Below, in pieces: positions 26,201 to 38,289 of a stretch of 64,000 bases of DNA. The notes under the pieces were generated by a model. That model saw only the letters and a list, made by a program, of their open reading frames with translations. It was not told the DNA's origin and did not search any database. This DNA is from Toensbergia leucococca (lineage: Eukaryota): assembly GCA_022813965.1 (NCBI GenBank), contig JALDZS010000005.1:124001-188000 (forward strand), given 5' to 3'. Position 1 is the first letter of the stretch. Each line of letters begins with the position of its first letter. Both the position numbers and the translations under genes were made by a program.

Positions 26201-26441
26201 AAGTCGAGGGGAAAGGTATGGCAACGACGACAGATAAGAAAAAGAGGCTTCAGATGCAAGAATCAAAAAGACTCAAACGAAATAGATTGGATTGTTTCTC
26301 GAAATCAGCCCGGAGAACCTCTAAATACCAGGAAAAAAGATTCATCATTTCCGCAAAGAAAGTAATACCATCTCATCTCATTTCATCCCACACGTCAAAA
26401 TGAAAAATCAAACTACAAAGAAAAGGTCGTAAATGCCATAA

Positions 26442-29400
26442 TCATGAATACCTCCGTTTCCTCCTTCTCCTATCTCTACCGCCATCATCCCGATCACCAC
26501 TATCACCATCATTATCACCCCCACCCAGTAACCCATCCGTCAAAGTCTTAAGAAATTTTCCCGCAGTCCCGTTCCCCGCAATTCCCCCAAGCAACTCAGC
26601 CAGCGGATTCTCGCTCTTCTCAGGTTTACGCCTTCCCTGCTCATCAAATCGTTCAGGAAGATCAATGGTTCGGTCCGAAGGGGCAGGAGAAGGCGAACGA
26701 GAATCATTACGGGAATGGCGGTGACGATCACGTCGGCGAGGGCGATCGTTGTTGTAAGAATCTTCGCTATCATAAGGATCGTGATGGGTGGTTGCGCCTG
26801 AGCGGTGACGATGTTTATTAATTTTCTCGGGGGAATTGGAACCAGAGGGATTGAGGTCAAATTGGACAGATTTGCTGCTTGGTGGTGGTTGTGAAGAAGC
26901 CCGCGCATGGGGAGCAGGCGGCGGTGGTGATGGGGCTCGGGGTGTATTTAGACCTAAGACGAGAATTGTAAGTACAGTGTTTCTCACCATCGTACACGAC
27001 ACGAGTGATGTTCACCCACCCTCATCAACGTGGTACTCAGAAACAGGAGCAGCAGTAGTATTGTTGAGAAATGGCTCAGCACTCACATTCTCGTCGCCTC
27101 TCCTAGCTCTGCCAGGTGGGCCTTCGTACGGATTTGCTGGAGACGGAGAATATGGACCTTGTGGTGGCATATAAGCTTCTTGAGGTGGGTAGCCATAATC
27201 GGGGTGTATTTGGCCCCCTGGCGGAGGTGGATAGTCTGCGGGATTGTAGTTGGGCGATGGTACAAAGCCTGGATTCGGCGGAGGAGGGAAGGCATTTGTC
27301 TGTGGATAGTAACTTTCGGGGGGGTAGGCAGCTGTCGTAGCAATGGGTGGTGGAGGCGAAGACATTGGCGAGTGTTGCTGAGGAGGCGACGAGTATTGAT
27401 CGTCGTATTGGCCATGCTCAGCTTCATAGCCTGGTGTATCGTTAGCCGATTCGCTCAATTTAGTTATCATGATTTCAACTTACGCCTCCTTTGTTTCTCT
27501 GCCTTCTTGCGTTCCTTTCTTTTGGTCACCTCCGTGGCAGCTAGTCCGGCTGCCCCTGCTGCGGCTCCTGCTGCGGCTCCTGCTGCAAGACCAGCGGTAG
27601 CAAGTCCTCTACTCCGGCTTCGGCTACGGCTGTCATTACCACTCTTCTTGCGTCTGTGTCTTCTCCTACGTTCGTTGTCGGAATCAGAATAGTCGCTGTC
27701 TCTCCTTCGATCCCTACTTCTGTCCGGTTCTGGAAAAGCTTGTTCTTGAAAAGCTTGCTCTCTGGTCGCCCCGTATGCGGCACCAGCAGCCGCAGCTGGT
27801 ACCATGGCATCCTCTGGATTGTAGTACCCTGCTTGGCTTGCTGGGCGGTTGTAATAGTCTGGCATAGCGCCATAAGTGTTGATTGGCTCGTCACCATACT
27901 CTATAAGACTGGGGTCATTTCCTGGAGCGTTACGGGAGCCGTCATATGGTACGGACCTGGATCTAGACCTAGACCTTGAATTCCTTCTATTCGTACGTCG
28001 GGTCTGTTGCCGAGCTTGTTCCTCCTCCTTCTTCGCCTGTTTCTTTTCGTAAAGCCCCGCAATAGCAGCAGAACCAAGACCGGCAGCCGCAATCGGAAGG
28101 CCAGTGCGTATTCTGCTTTGAGAACGCTCTTTACCACCTTTTCCTTTTCCAGATCGAGACTTACTACGCGCTCGCTCAACAAGACCTGCAACAGCAGCTC
28201 CTGCCAATCCCGCACCAGCAATACGTTTGTTCCTGTACCCTGGGTCCCGGGCATCGTCCGTGGGAACCTCAGACGTAGAGTGACGGCGGTGTCTCGAACG
28301 ACTACGCCTATCATTCTGGGCCTGGGCCTGATTCTGATTGTTGTTCCTTCGAGCGTAGGTTACAGCTGCAGCAACTGCGGCTGCACCTAAGCCTAGCTTT
28401 GCGAGCTGCTTGACACGAGAGCTAGAACGACTTCGATTTTTTTCCTTACGATTCTTCTTCCGGCCCTCCCGTTCACCACCGCCACGTTCATCGCGGCCAC
28501 GTTCGCGAGATCCTTGACGGCTTTTGCCTTCACGATGTCGACTCTTCGCACGTGACACTACCTCTGCACCAACAGCACCCAAAGCAGCTGCTCCAATATC
28601 TCTGCCAACCCGACCACCTCCAGTAGAGACTTCTTCGCCTTGGCGTCCTTTATGATGACGAAGCAGTTCAGCTGCTCCAATACCAGCAACAGCGGCCTCG
28701 GCAAGGTGTCTTCGATGCTCAGGGCTTTCATCTCGACTATAACTTTCTCGTGTCTCCTTTCTCACATAAACCATGCTATCATCGCTGCTGTAATCTCTCT
28801 CAGGGCGACGCTGGGAGACGGACTCATGAGGGCTCACTTCTCTACCACGGCGGCTGTACTGTTCTTCGTAGAGATCATCGTCGGGCCTGGCCGATACCTC
28901 GCGAGTCCTTCGTTCATAGTAGTAATCATCATCTCGCTGTGGTTCACGACGGGAGACCACGCTTTTTGAATCGTCCACTTCGACGACTTCGGAACGCTGA
29001 ATGACCTGATATTCGGATTCCTCCTTGGGTGCTGGCGCAGGAGCAGGAGCAGGAATGATGATAGGTGCCCGGGGCGCTTCTTGAATGATGATCTGCTGGG
29101 GCTCTTGGCGAATGATGATGGGTGGTGGAGGCTCTGGTCTCGGGAAATACTCGGTTGACCTGGAATATCTCTCCAATTCGTAGGGATCACGACGAGGTGG
29201 TTCCCTATCCCTATCAAAGTCTCGTTCATATCTATATTCTCGCACAAAGCGACGAGGTTCGGGCTCTCTCTCTCGTTCAATGCGTTCAATGCGAACATCA
29301 GTCTCAGAGCGACGAGATTCGGGCTCTCTCTCGCGTTGGTATCGTTCGATACGAACGTCTGTCTCGACACGACGTTCAGGCTCTGGCTCTGGCTCCCGTT

Positions 29401-29623
29401 CTCTTCGGATGATGCGGGTTTCTTCAAAGCCGCGAGTGTCTCTCTCTCGCTCTGAGCGACGATCAGTCTGGAAAACGCTAACTCGATCTTCTTCTTCTTC
29501 ACGAGGGGGAGGAATGCGATATCGCTTGACGGTTGTGTATCTCGGTGATTCACGATAGGTGGTTGATGTCCTCCTATCGTCGTAATCTCGGTCACGTTCT
29601 CGTTCTCGGATTATGACTGACAT
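26442..29623 (-). CDS. Large Arg/Ser-rich DUF3824-type fungal protein; introns 27431-27483 and 26954-27019
   Basis: RE/RS repeats, repeated Gly/Ala-rich segments (GLGAAAVAAA, AGAGLAGAAVAGL, AAAGLGSAAIAGL), YYPQTNAFPPPP...YNPADYP, SKSVQFDL, TIDLPERFDEQGR. Three ORF-track pieces join by canonical splices. Confidence 0.82.
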
Positions 29624-29850
29624 GTTTGATTTGGATACTTAGATGTGGTCCAAAGATTGAAAGAATGACACAGATATCGATCAGATGAGATTTAGGTGGG
29701 CAAGGCTATGCTTGCTACAGACAGATGTTGTCTCACGAAGCAAAATGGTGAGGTCAGTTGGATCGTATGATGCAAGGTAGGCACTTAGCACGACAAAGCC
29801 TGTGATGTCAACAAAGGGTGGTTTCGATTGTCTTACAAGATTTTCCAGAA

Positions 29851-29885
29851 TGATGTTGATGTTGTTGTTGTAGTTGTAGTTGTTG
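29851..29885. repeat. Imperfect (GTT/GAT/GTA)n microsatellite
   Basis: tgatgttgatgttgttgttgtagttgtagttgttg upstream of the DUF3824-type gene. Confidence 0.6.
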
Positions 29886-31221
29886 GAAGTGGAGTGGAGT
29901 GATGCGGATGAGGTGGCTTGGAGGCTGGGAGGTGAAGGCAACTTGGTAATATTCCTCGCCGCGGGGTCGAAGCAGCCTGAAACGATCTGACAGTTGCAGT
30001 GAATACGTACGTTAGGCTTAGTGAATCTCCCAAGATCTTCAGTTGATGATACTGCTATCACTATCTCTACATCATCTATATATCTATCTCCCGTCACAGA
30101 AGATTAGGCCGCAAGTTCTTCCTCACATGTGTTTCACGGACGAGTACTCCCATCATGGCAGATGGCAGATAACACCAAGCAAGGTACTTTTTTGGGCAAG
30201 CTTGTCACTCCACACAAGGCGCACTTGTACTGCCACACCTCCCAGACATTTGCCTGCAGCTAACACTATACATTGCGTCGAGTTCCGCCAAGTCCACATC
30301 CCACAATGCGAGCCCAACGTGGCCAAACATGACTCATTTTCCATGCCGATTGGGTTGATGGTTTCACCTTATGACAATGCTGAGAATCCACACAGGCTGA
30401 AATCTCCACACCGTGCAGTAGTGCATTGACGATAAGCTTGCTATTTGCTGTATACTGCCTGTCTGCATGTCGAAAGCTTTTGTTGTCCAATAATATCCTA
30501 TTAGTACCGAGAACAGGTGGTAGAGACAAGTTTATGAATAGCTGTGATCATATCAGGTATACACAATACTTTATATCCATACGCCACAGCAGCTTCAGCT
30601 CCTGGAACGTTAATATGCCATTGCTCAGGAGTCCTTCACCAACTCGAAAGAGAAAGACCATTTGTCTGCAAAGCATCATGACAGGACTCCTGCTTTGGCC
30701 TGATGCAGCGATGCCGACTCGACTTTCTGCCAATAAAATGGCCTATTCCCGTACTCGCGGCAATCTCAAACAATTAGTGATGCCAGGCCGGGTTTTATAC
30801 ATACCTTGAGTCTTGCGCTGGTTATAGCTCTAATCTCGAATCTGCTCCGTTCCTATTTGCAGAACTCCTACGGTAGTGTGAAGAGTTTTCTTGAATTTGA
30901 ATGACAGGTAGTTATTTAAGTGGCTAGTCACCTCCAGAGTCCAGATGTCAGCACTTTGGGTTAAGAGGTTTAAAAGGCTTCAATCTAGTCGATCGCATAT
31001 GAGTCGTTAAGAAGCAATGTTATTTGCAACAGGAGGAGCGACTCTGGCCACGATTTTTGCAGGATCTTTACAAGGATGATACCTTATCTCTCTCTTTGTC
31101 AGTCTTGACATGATTTAATTTAGTGGACGTATGTCTTTGGACTCAGTCCTGGGGCCTTTCGAAAATGATTCCCCACCCCATATTTTTAGCATCTACTTGA
31201 ATGCTGTTTGATCAAGACTAC

Positions 31222-31744
31222 CTACATCTCAGTCCACTCATCTTCGTTATCGTCCCCATTGTCGTCAAAGAAATATTCGTCACTAGAAATATCGCAGAGT
31301 GAATCCATCGAGATGACTTCCCAGCTGTTGTCAATAGCCACGTCATCTGCTGCGCAACGACGGGTCTCTCGTTTTTCAAGAGCTTCCTCAATCCGTTCAT
31401 AAACGACCTGCTTACTCCATTGTGCCGTGACCTCAGAGATCAAAGATAAGTAGGGACGCCGAAGTCGTCCTTCAGCCAGTCAGCTTTTACTTGGCCCTGG
31501 CTTTTGCACCAGAGTATTTCCCCGTTTTCCGCTCCACCTCCGTCATGTCCACTTGATCTGACTCCCCATCGCTCAACACATCACTCGCTGCATTCCGCAA
31601 AAATTGCAGTTTCTTCTGTTTTCGACATTGCCGCCTCTGCCAAGGCTGGCTGCTTTTCGCATCTAAGCAGGCACAACGATATCTCGGTCGCCTAGGATAC
31701 CCTTGGCCTTGCATGAACAAGAACTGCCTGGTCCGAATTGCCAT
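31222..31744 (-). pseudogene. Probable frameshifted gene relic (basic N-part, acidic C-part)
   Basis: Adjacent protein-like ORFs 31487-31744 and 31222-31443 (…SWEVISMDS…DEWTEM) in different frames, with no clean splice joining them. Confidence 0.35.
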
Positions 31745-32014
31745 GAGTTGCTATGGTATAATACAAGCTTCCTGAAAGGCTGGTTTCCTGATGAAGAGCG
31801 GTAAGAAATTGAGGTATCTCTGAAATCCAAGTCTCAATAGCACGTAATCTTCCTATCAGCAGATAGTGGTGCATGACCATACTGCTTCTCAATGATGGAA
31901 GCCACCGGTGTCGTGTGGCAGTCAAGTCAGTACTGATAGCATCTATCTCAATTTCCTGCATGAGCTCTGACGAAGTCATGTCAACACCATCTACCCACCC
32001 ATGCTACTCTTATT

Positions 32015-33256
32015 ATGTCTCCGATATTCGAGGGTTTCCCAATTGAAATACAGCATGCTATCCTGTGTCATCTCCCGAAAACTGATCTGTTGCACGCTTA
32101 GCATCTCCAGTTGTGAATGAGATAGCTACATTATGCTTTTCAAGCAATCGAGCTTCGAATAACCCGACCTGATAGTATTGTAGCTTTTGAAAACATAGCC
32201 TCTTCTAAGAGACTGCGAACCCATGTTTCCCATGTAACATTGAACACCCGCCTTGGAGAGGATGAAGGTTAAGACGGCGTCAAGACTAGGCTCCTGTTTC
32301 GCAGCATCCATCAGTTCGGCCGCTTATCAAGCTTTGCCTTGATCTTCAATACAGCCTTTGCAGTTGATCCCTATGACATTCTTGATGTTGACTGCATATA
32401 TCAAACACCAAATATCCGTACGATCATTTTGTCGGCGCTGACAAAGGCCGCGAATGACCCCGAGCATCCACTACCCAATTTACACGCTCTGTCAATCAAG
32501 TGCCTCTCAGACTTAAATGATCCGGATCGGAGGCGTCCGACGACTTTCTTAAATAGATTCAGGGGATGATGAAAGCGCTTCAGGACCGACGAATTTTCGT
32601 AATGAACCTTATCATTCTTCCAAGAAACTCCATTCCGTCTGGTTGAAGCCAGGCGCAGCGAGTTTGACTACCTTGTCAATTTTCCGTGATTACCATTGGC
32701 TTTGCTACCCCAAGGCTGATCTTCAAGAAGTACATTTCCCACAATTGCAGACATTTGCATTGGGGAATTATACGTTCAGCGATGACTGGAATTTGTACTG
32801 GATCATAGCCCATGCCTCCACCTTGGAACAAATATACTTGAAAGGCTGCTCAATACTATATGCTGATATCACCCAAGTCTCACTAGATGCAGACGCCTGT
32901 CTTGCTCGCGTCATGTTAGAGGATGATTGAAAAGTGGATGGGGGCTCTATAATGGCTGATGGTACTTCTACCTTTAAGAATTGGCAAGATTGCTCACCAA
33001 GCTCAAACTTTTCAAGATGGGAGAGAGAAAGTGGGAAGATCTTAATGTTGAGACACCTCATAAAGATTATACAAATTCAACGACGAAGGCACACGAGATG
33101 AGATATGTGTGTTTCGACATTACCTCTGGTAATAGAAGGATATTGCTTTTGAGCCGACGGGCTTGGAAGACTTTGGAGATTCCCCCCTTCCGGATTGTGA
33201 GGTGGAAGATACAGAGGCTTCGGATGCGTTGTTACAAAGCATTCAGCAGCGGGTAG
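32015..33256 (+). pseudogene. Degenerate F-box/LRR-like gene
   Basis: MSPIFEGFPIEIQHAILCHLPKTDLLHA* (F-box-like start with a premature TAG), followed by broken fragments LHALSIKCLSDLND, LTTLSI…HFPQLQTFALGNYTFSDDW…TLEQIYL.GCSIL and LTKLKLFKMG in shifting frames. Confidence 0.7.
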
Positions 33257-33276
33257 GAAAGGGTTCGCAAAGTATA

Positions 33277-33318
33277 CGAGGTCAATTTTTAAAGTATTGC
33301 AAATGGCCAACGTAGGAA
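33277..33318 (+). repeat. Terminal inverted repeat (left)
   Basis: cgaggtcaatttttaaagtattgcaaatggccaacgtaggaa. Confidence 0.95.
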
Positions 33319-33385
33319 CTGCGGCTTGGCATAGAACAGGCCATTTATCGTGATTTTCATCTATTCTACGAGTACGAACATCAAT

Positions 33386-34696
33386 TCAACCGTGGAAGTT
33401 ATTGTTCCCATCATGCTCTAGGACCTGTCGCATCCTCTTTTCTAGGTTCTCTATCAATGGGTTGATATCCCGTTCTATACTCAGCTTTTCCCACTCATCC
33501 ATCCACGCTGTATGTAATTGAGCATGACCATGAGGATAAGGCCTTCTCTTTGCGACTCTATCCTTGAGAAGGCACCAGATGTGTTCTATAGGGTTAAGAT
33601 CCGGTGAATTGCCCGGCCATTTCAATAACTGAGTATCAAATTCAAGAAAGATCCGATCATTCCAATGAGATGTGTGAGGGGAAGCTCCATCCTGCATCAG
33701 TACCGCTTCAGGATGATGATCTGCCTTGAATTTCTTGTATGCCGGCAGTAGATGTGATCGTAAGATGTCTCTGTTGTAGCGATACCAGTCAATTCCTCCC
33801 TTATCAGATCGTAATTGTAGCTGAAAAGAATTGCAGAACTGTGGATAAGTTCCTTGACGTTTCTTTCCAGCCATCATCAGGGATAGATCTATAGCTTTCT
33901 GCTTTGCTAGCCAGATCTTCTCTTCCTCTACCCATCTAGTTATGTCCTCCTTTCTCAGTTTCTCTTTAGAGTCAGCTCTAGCAGCCGGGGTTTCCTTCTC
34001 ATAGATGTGACAGGGACCTTTCCATCCCCAGGCAATCGCACCCCAGAACATAAAGGTAGAATGCTTTTTAAAACCTAGTTCCACACATGTAGGCTCCCAT
34101 TCTTCCTCCTTGGTGCGTGTTACTCTATCAGGGCCACGGATCTCTCCTAGTATAACAGAGGTTTCATCTGTGAATATCACTTGATCCCATCCACCAAGCA
34201 GTCCATCATGTGTATGTAAAGTCCATGTCTCATACCAAAGACAAAACATCTTGCGATCCTCTTTCATGTTCTCCTTAAGAAGAGGCTTGTATCTTGGGGT
34301 GTAACGTCCGTATCCAGCTTGCTGAAAGACACGGTTGATAGTAGTTTTTGAAGCAAGCACACGGCAGGCTAGGGCTACTGAAATCCAGGATGCGCGTCTC
34401 CATCCATAGGTGCTAGTTGCCAAAGCAATCATGCTGTCAATCTCATCCTGATGTAATAAAGGTGGCCGGCCTGAACGGGATCCAGGAGCTGTATTCTCTG
34501 TGTGAAAAGAAGAAGAGCCTGATAAGTCTGACTGTTTGAGGGTGTGATGAGCGATGCGAGAAATGGTGGATTTATTTACATTAAGATTGAATTGTATGAC
34601 TTTGAGAGGGGTTCTCTGAATATTTCTTGCATAGGCAATTGCACCCCGGGTAGAAGGGCTAATTTCAGGCCCACGGCCACGTCTTTGTGCTGACAT
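33386..34696 (-). CDS. Tc1-type DD34E transposase
   Basis: Likely start MSAQRRGRGPEIS (34696). HTH-like N-terminus with GRPP linker, then IFTDE, LMQDGASPH and WPGNSPDLNPIEHIW, with 34 residues counted between the second D and the E. Confidence 0.95.
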   Translation of the reverse strand: MSAQRRGRGPEISPSTRGAIAYARNIQRTPLKVIQFNLNVNKSTISRIAHHTLKQSDLSGSSSFHTENTAPGSRSGRPPLLHQDEIDSMIALATSTYGWRRASWISVALACRVLASKTTINRVFQQAGYGRYTPRYKPLLKENMKEDRKMFCLWYETWTLHTHDGLLGGWDQVIFTDETSVILGEIRGPDRVTRTKEEEWEPTCVELGFKKHSTFMFWGAIAWGWKGPCHIYEKETPAARADSKEKLRKEDITRWVEEEKIWLAKQKAIDLSLMMAGKKRQGTYPQFCNSFQLQLRSDKGGIDWYRYNRDILRSHLLPAYKKFKADHHPEAVLMQDGASPHTSHWNDRIFLEFDTQLLKWPGNSPDLNPIEHIWCLLKDRVAKRRPYPHGHAQLHTAWMDEWEKLSIERDINPLIENLEKRMRQVLEHDGNNNFHG

Positions 34697-34781
34697 TGAG
34701 GGTAGGGTGTTGATGAATAGAAGAATAGCGATCAAAAAGCGTGTTGTTGTTATGATTCTATTCAGGTACGTTGACTCAAAA

Positions 34782-34823
34782 TTCCTACGTTGGCCATTTG
34801 CAATACTTTAAAAATTGACCTCG
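34782..34823 (-). repeat. Terminal inverted repeat (right)
   Basis: ttcctacgttggccatttgcaatactttaaaaattgacctcg, the exact reverse complement of 33277-33318. Confidence 0.95.
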
Positions 34824-35040
34824 TACCGAGTATCAAGTGTTCAAATTGATGATGTGGCGCCACAGGTCATGCGGGTCGACGTCACGTTCAAACAATATAT
34901 CAATCAGTCCTCTCCCTTCGTTTCTCTGATTATCTCAACTCTCTCGCAAAAATCAAACAGACCGTCATCACATCCAGACTCTAGCTTTGCTCTGCTTCAC
35001 TTGAACATATAGAAATTCCAACCGAGATAGTAACACAGTA

Positions 35041-36703
35041 ATGGATTCAACTGGCAAACCTTTGGCATTTAGGCCCACTGGAGGCTCCATGTCAGACGAC
35101 GACGCTGTCCCAGACAAAGATCCCAGTGATGTACCTTATGCCACATCCTGAGAATCTACACATTGGTACTGAGTATAACATGGTATAGACTGCCGGCTTG
35201 CTACTCGAACGCCTGCAAGCATGGAAACATGCCTGCGGCTACCTCGAGAATTATGTCAGCGCAACGGAGAAGGCTCAAAAAGCACAAGCAAAAGAGTTTG
35301 AAAAGATCTTGAAGGTGAACCATATCAATCACCAGACTACGTGCCGCATCCTGATGTTTCTTTCAGACTGTCAATGATCCATTGAAACAGGGCCACCACT
35401 TTGATCAAAGCTTAGGTGGAGTAGCAGGTCTCTTCGAGAATATACGCTCAAACACATCGGTAAGTCAATTTCACCTCGAATTCTTACAAAGTCTGACTCG
35501 ACGTAGGGTATCGCTAGTGCCCATCTGGAGACTGAGAAGAACCTCAAAGGCTCCGTCCTCCCTATCCTTGATCGTCTCCACTCTGAGATCAAAAACAAGA
35601 CCAAGGAGCTCAGTTCGGGCGCCGTCAAGGGATCAAAGAATGTCGACAAAGCGAGAAATACAACCCAGAAGCACATTGAGCTACTCGGGCAGCACACTGC
35701 AACGTTCGCTTCTTCTGGCGGTAAGATCGACAGCTCAAACGACCCTTACGTCGTCCAACGTGGGATAAACCATCGCCTGAATAAGCAAGTTCTTGAGGAG
35801 AACAACAATCGTCACGACCTCATCGCAGTGCAAGACAACTTTCAAAAATTCGAAGCCCATATCATCCAAGTAATCCAACAAGCCATGGCCGCTTTCCTCC
35901 AAGTCGTTGGCGCCCAAGCCGACCGGGATAAATTCATGTACTCTGACATGGTCGCAACAACCCAAAACATCCCCCTCGACTTCGAATGGAAAGGCTTCAC
36001 CAGTCGCAATGCCAACCTTCTCATCGATCCAAATGGTCCTACACGCACTTTGACCAACATCTCATTCCCTAACCAAGACCATGCGTCCACGAAACCACTG
36101 ATAGCCGGTACCCTCGAACGCAAATCCCGCGCCGGCGTCCTCAAGGGCTACAACACAGGATACTACGCCGTCACGCCCTCCAAATACCTTCACGAGTTCA
36201 AAGACGACGACGACTTCCGCAAAGATCCCACCCCAGAACTCTCCCTCTATCTCCCTGACTGCACCATCGGCGCCGTCAGCGGCGAAAAATTCAACGTCAA
36301 AGGCAAAGACGCCTCCCATGGCAAAGTCAGCGGCGCCTTTGCCATGAACCACGAATTAGCCTTCAAGGCACACACGCCTGCTGATGCCGAAAAGTGGTGG
36401 AATGTCATCCGTGAGGCGTCCGGTCCGGGGAACATGACGGGCGAGATGCCCACTTCGGCGACCAGCAGTCCTGTCGAGAGCAGAAACGTCTCTGGCCAGC
36501 AGTACCCGCCACCGCAGTATCAGGATAAGGGACATGTCGCGCCGGTGCAGACGCAGGGATTACCGCAGGCGCAGCAGGTGGGGCAGGGTAGTGCGGGCGG
36601 GATGAGTCAGCATACTCATAATACGCCTATGAGCGCGAAGCCTGGGGGTGATGGAGCTCCGACGGGGAATTCTGGGGTGGCGAGGGCGCCGGGGCAGTAC
36701 TGA
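35041..36703 (+). CDS. Slm1-like BAR + PH domain protein; introns 35131-35188, 35315-35366, 35460-35506
   Basis: LLLERLQAWKHACGYLENY…DPYVVQRG (BAR-like) and PLIAGTLERKS…GYYAVTPSKYLHEF…PELSLYLPDC…FKAHT..DAEKWW (PH). Confidence 0.88.
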
Positions 36704-36919
36704 AGGAGGATTTTGGATCTATGCAAGCGTACATTTAGCGATTTCGCTGATTTTTGATGACCTGATTGATGATATGAGCACATGAGATATGGAGTCCATG
36801 TTATTGAGCGTGAAGGGCAATTTTCGAATTGTCCATTAGCGTTCTTGATTTTTTTGCTTTCATTCAAATAAATAGTCTTGGTTCGACGGATCTCTGTCTC
36901 TCTCACTTCGCTTCACATT

Positions 36920-37800
36920 ACTTACGCCCCACGCTCACCCCACGGCCCCCCCCCATCCCAATCACCCCCCAATCCAAAACCCCACGCCCCATCCTCGACT
37001 TCAACTCCCCAATCCACCCCCCCACGCCGGTGGGGAGAAAGCGCGAGCGAATTCATTCATGTAAAGTTCCATTTCAGGTGAAAATTGTATGGCGTTTGAA
37101 ATGATGTAGAGAGAGTATTTTATTTTTCAACTTTTCAAGAACTCAAGTTATGAATTTTGAGGGCTTGAGCTTTTTTTTTTGTTCTCAGAGTGAGATATGA
37201 GGGGTGGGGGGGGGAAGAAGGAGGGTTGATTGACTTTTTGTTTTTTTTTCAAGTTGCTTTTTTGAGTATTATTGTTCTCTGTTTTTTTTTTTTTTTTTTT
37301 TTTTGCGCTTGAGAGGGGGGGGGGCTTGTGAGTGATGAGATAAAGGGTGAGGGACAAGGTCAATGTCTCTGAGTTCATTTTTTTTTTGTTATTTTTTTTT
37401 TGAGATCATGATGAAGTGAAGACTGTGAGGATGTCCATCTATGATGTTCTTTTCAGAAATGAATATCAAATGTCTGTTTTGAACGCATAGGAATGAAATT
37501 GGCCTGATTTGACACTTTGGCTTTGAGTGAGGAGTTGATGGGTTTTTTTTAGCTAAATGACCCGGGAAGTCATATAAAGATGGATCATCTGTGTCAGGGG
37601 CAAGCGAATGCATATAGGTTAAATGTGTAAACGTGTTTGATTTATTGTGTTAGTATGCGACTGTAATGACTTGATTTAAATAGTGATACGGTTTTGAGAG
37701 GAAGGGGGTTTTTTGCGAGGGGGAAGGAGGGAGAGGAGGTGGTGAAGGATTGGTTGTTGACGGGGGGGAGTGAGCGAGTAGAAAGAGTGAGATGGTGAGG
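36920..37800. repeat. Homopolymer-rich low-complexity intergenic tract
   Basis: C runs at about 36946-37023, a T run at about 37282-37304 and several G runs. Confidence 0.7.
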
Positions 37801-38289
37801 AAAAGGCCGGTCACGGTGGCTCTTGCTGAGGAATAGTAGTGTTAAGATGGATCGGGATGAGTGATATGATGTGAGAGCAGCTGAGTAGGAAAAACTGAAA
37901 CTTGGCAAGCAGAAGCTTTGAGAAACTTTTGTGGTCCTATTCACCAGTCATAGTATCAAGAAAGTCTTGTGAGGAGAAGGTAGACGTAGAAAGCAGGCGG
38001 AAGAAAGACACTGAAGGCCGTGAGCCTTAAGATATTGTTGCAGCATTAAGTATTCATGCCATCATGACAGAGACTCACTGATACTCGGTAATACGGCAGC
38101 TGAGTCCCAACACACCAATTCCTGATTCTCCCGTCCCATATCCTTTGCTTGGCCTTTCTACTGTCTCCATTTTCTGTATCTCTGTCAGAACGCTTGCTCT
38201 TTTCTCCCTGTGGGTAGAGTGACTTACAACGCCACCTCGGACGGTAACTTTCGTAGTATTATTCAGAAAGGCTCGACACAGCATCTATC

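Larger units (their letters stand above)
33277..34823 (-). mobile_element. Full-length Tc1/mariner DNA transposon (1,547 bp) with 42-bp TIRs and TA target-site duplication
   Basis: Perfect inverted repeats at 33277-33318 and 34782-34823, TA at 33275-33276 and 34824-34825, and an intact transposase ORF inside. Confidence 0.96.
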
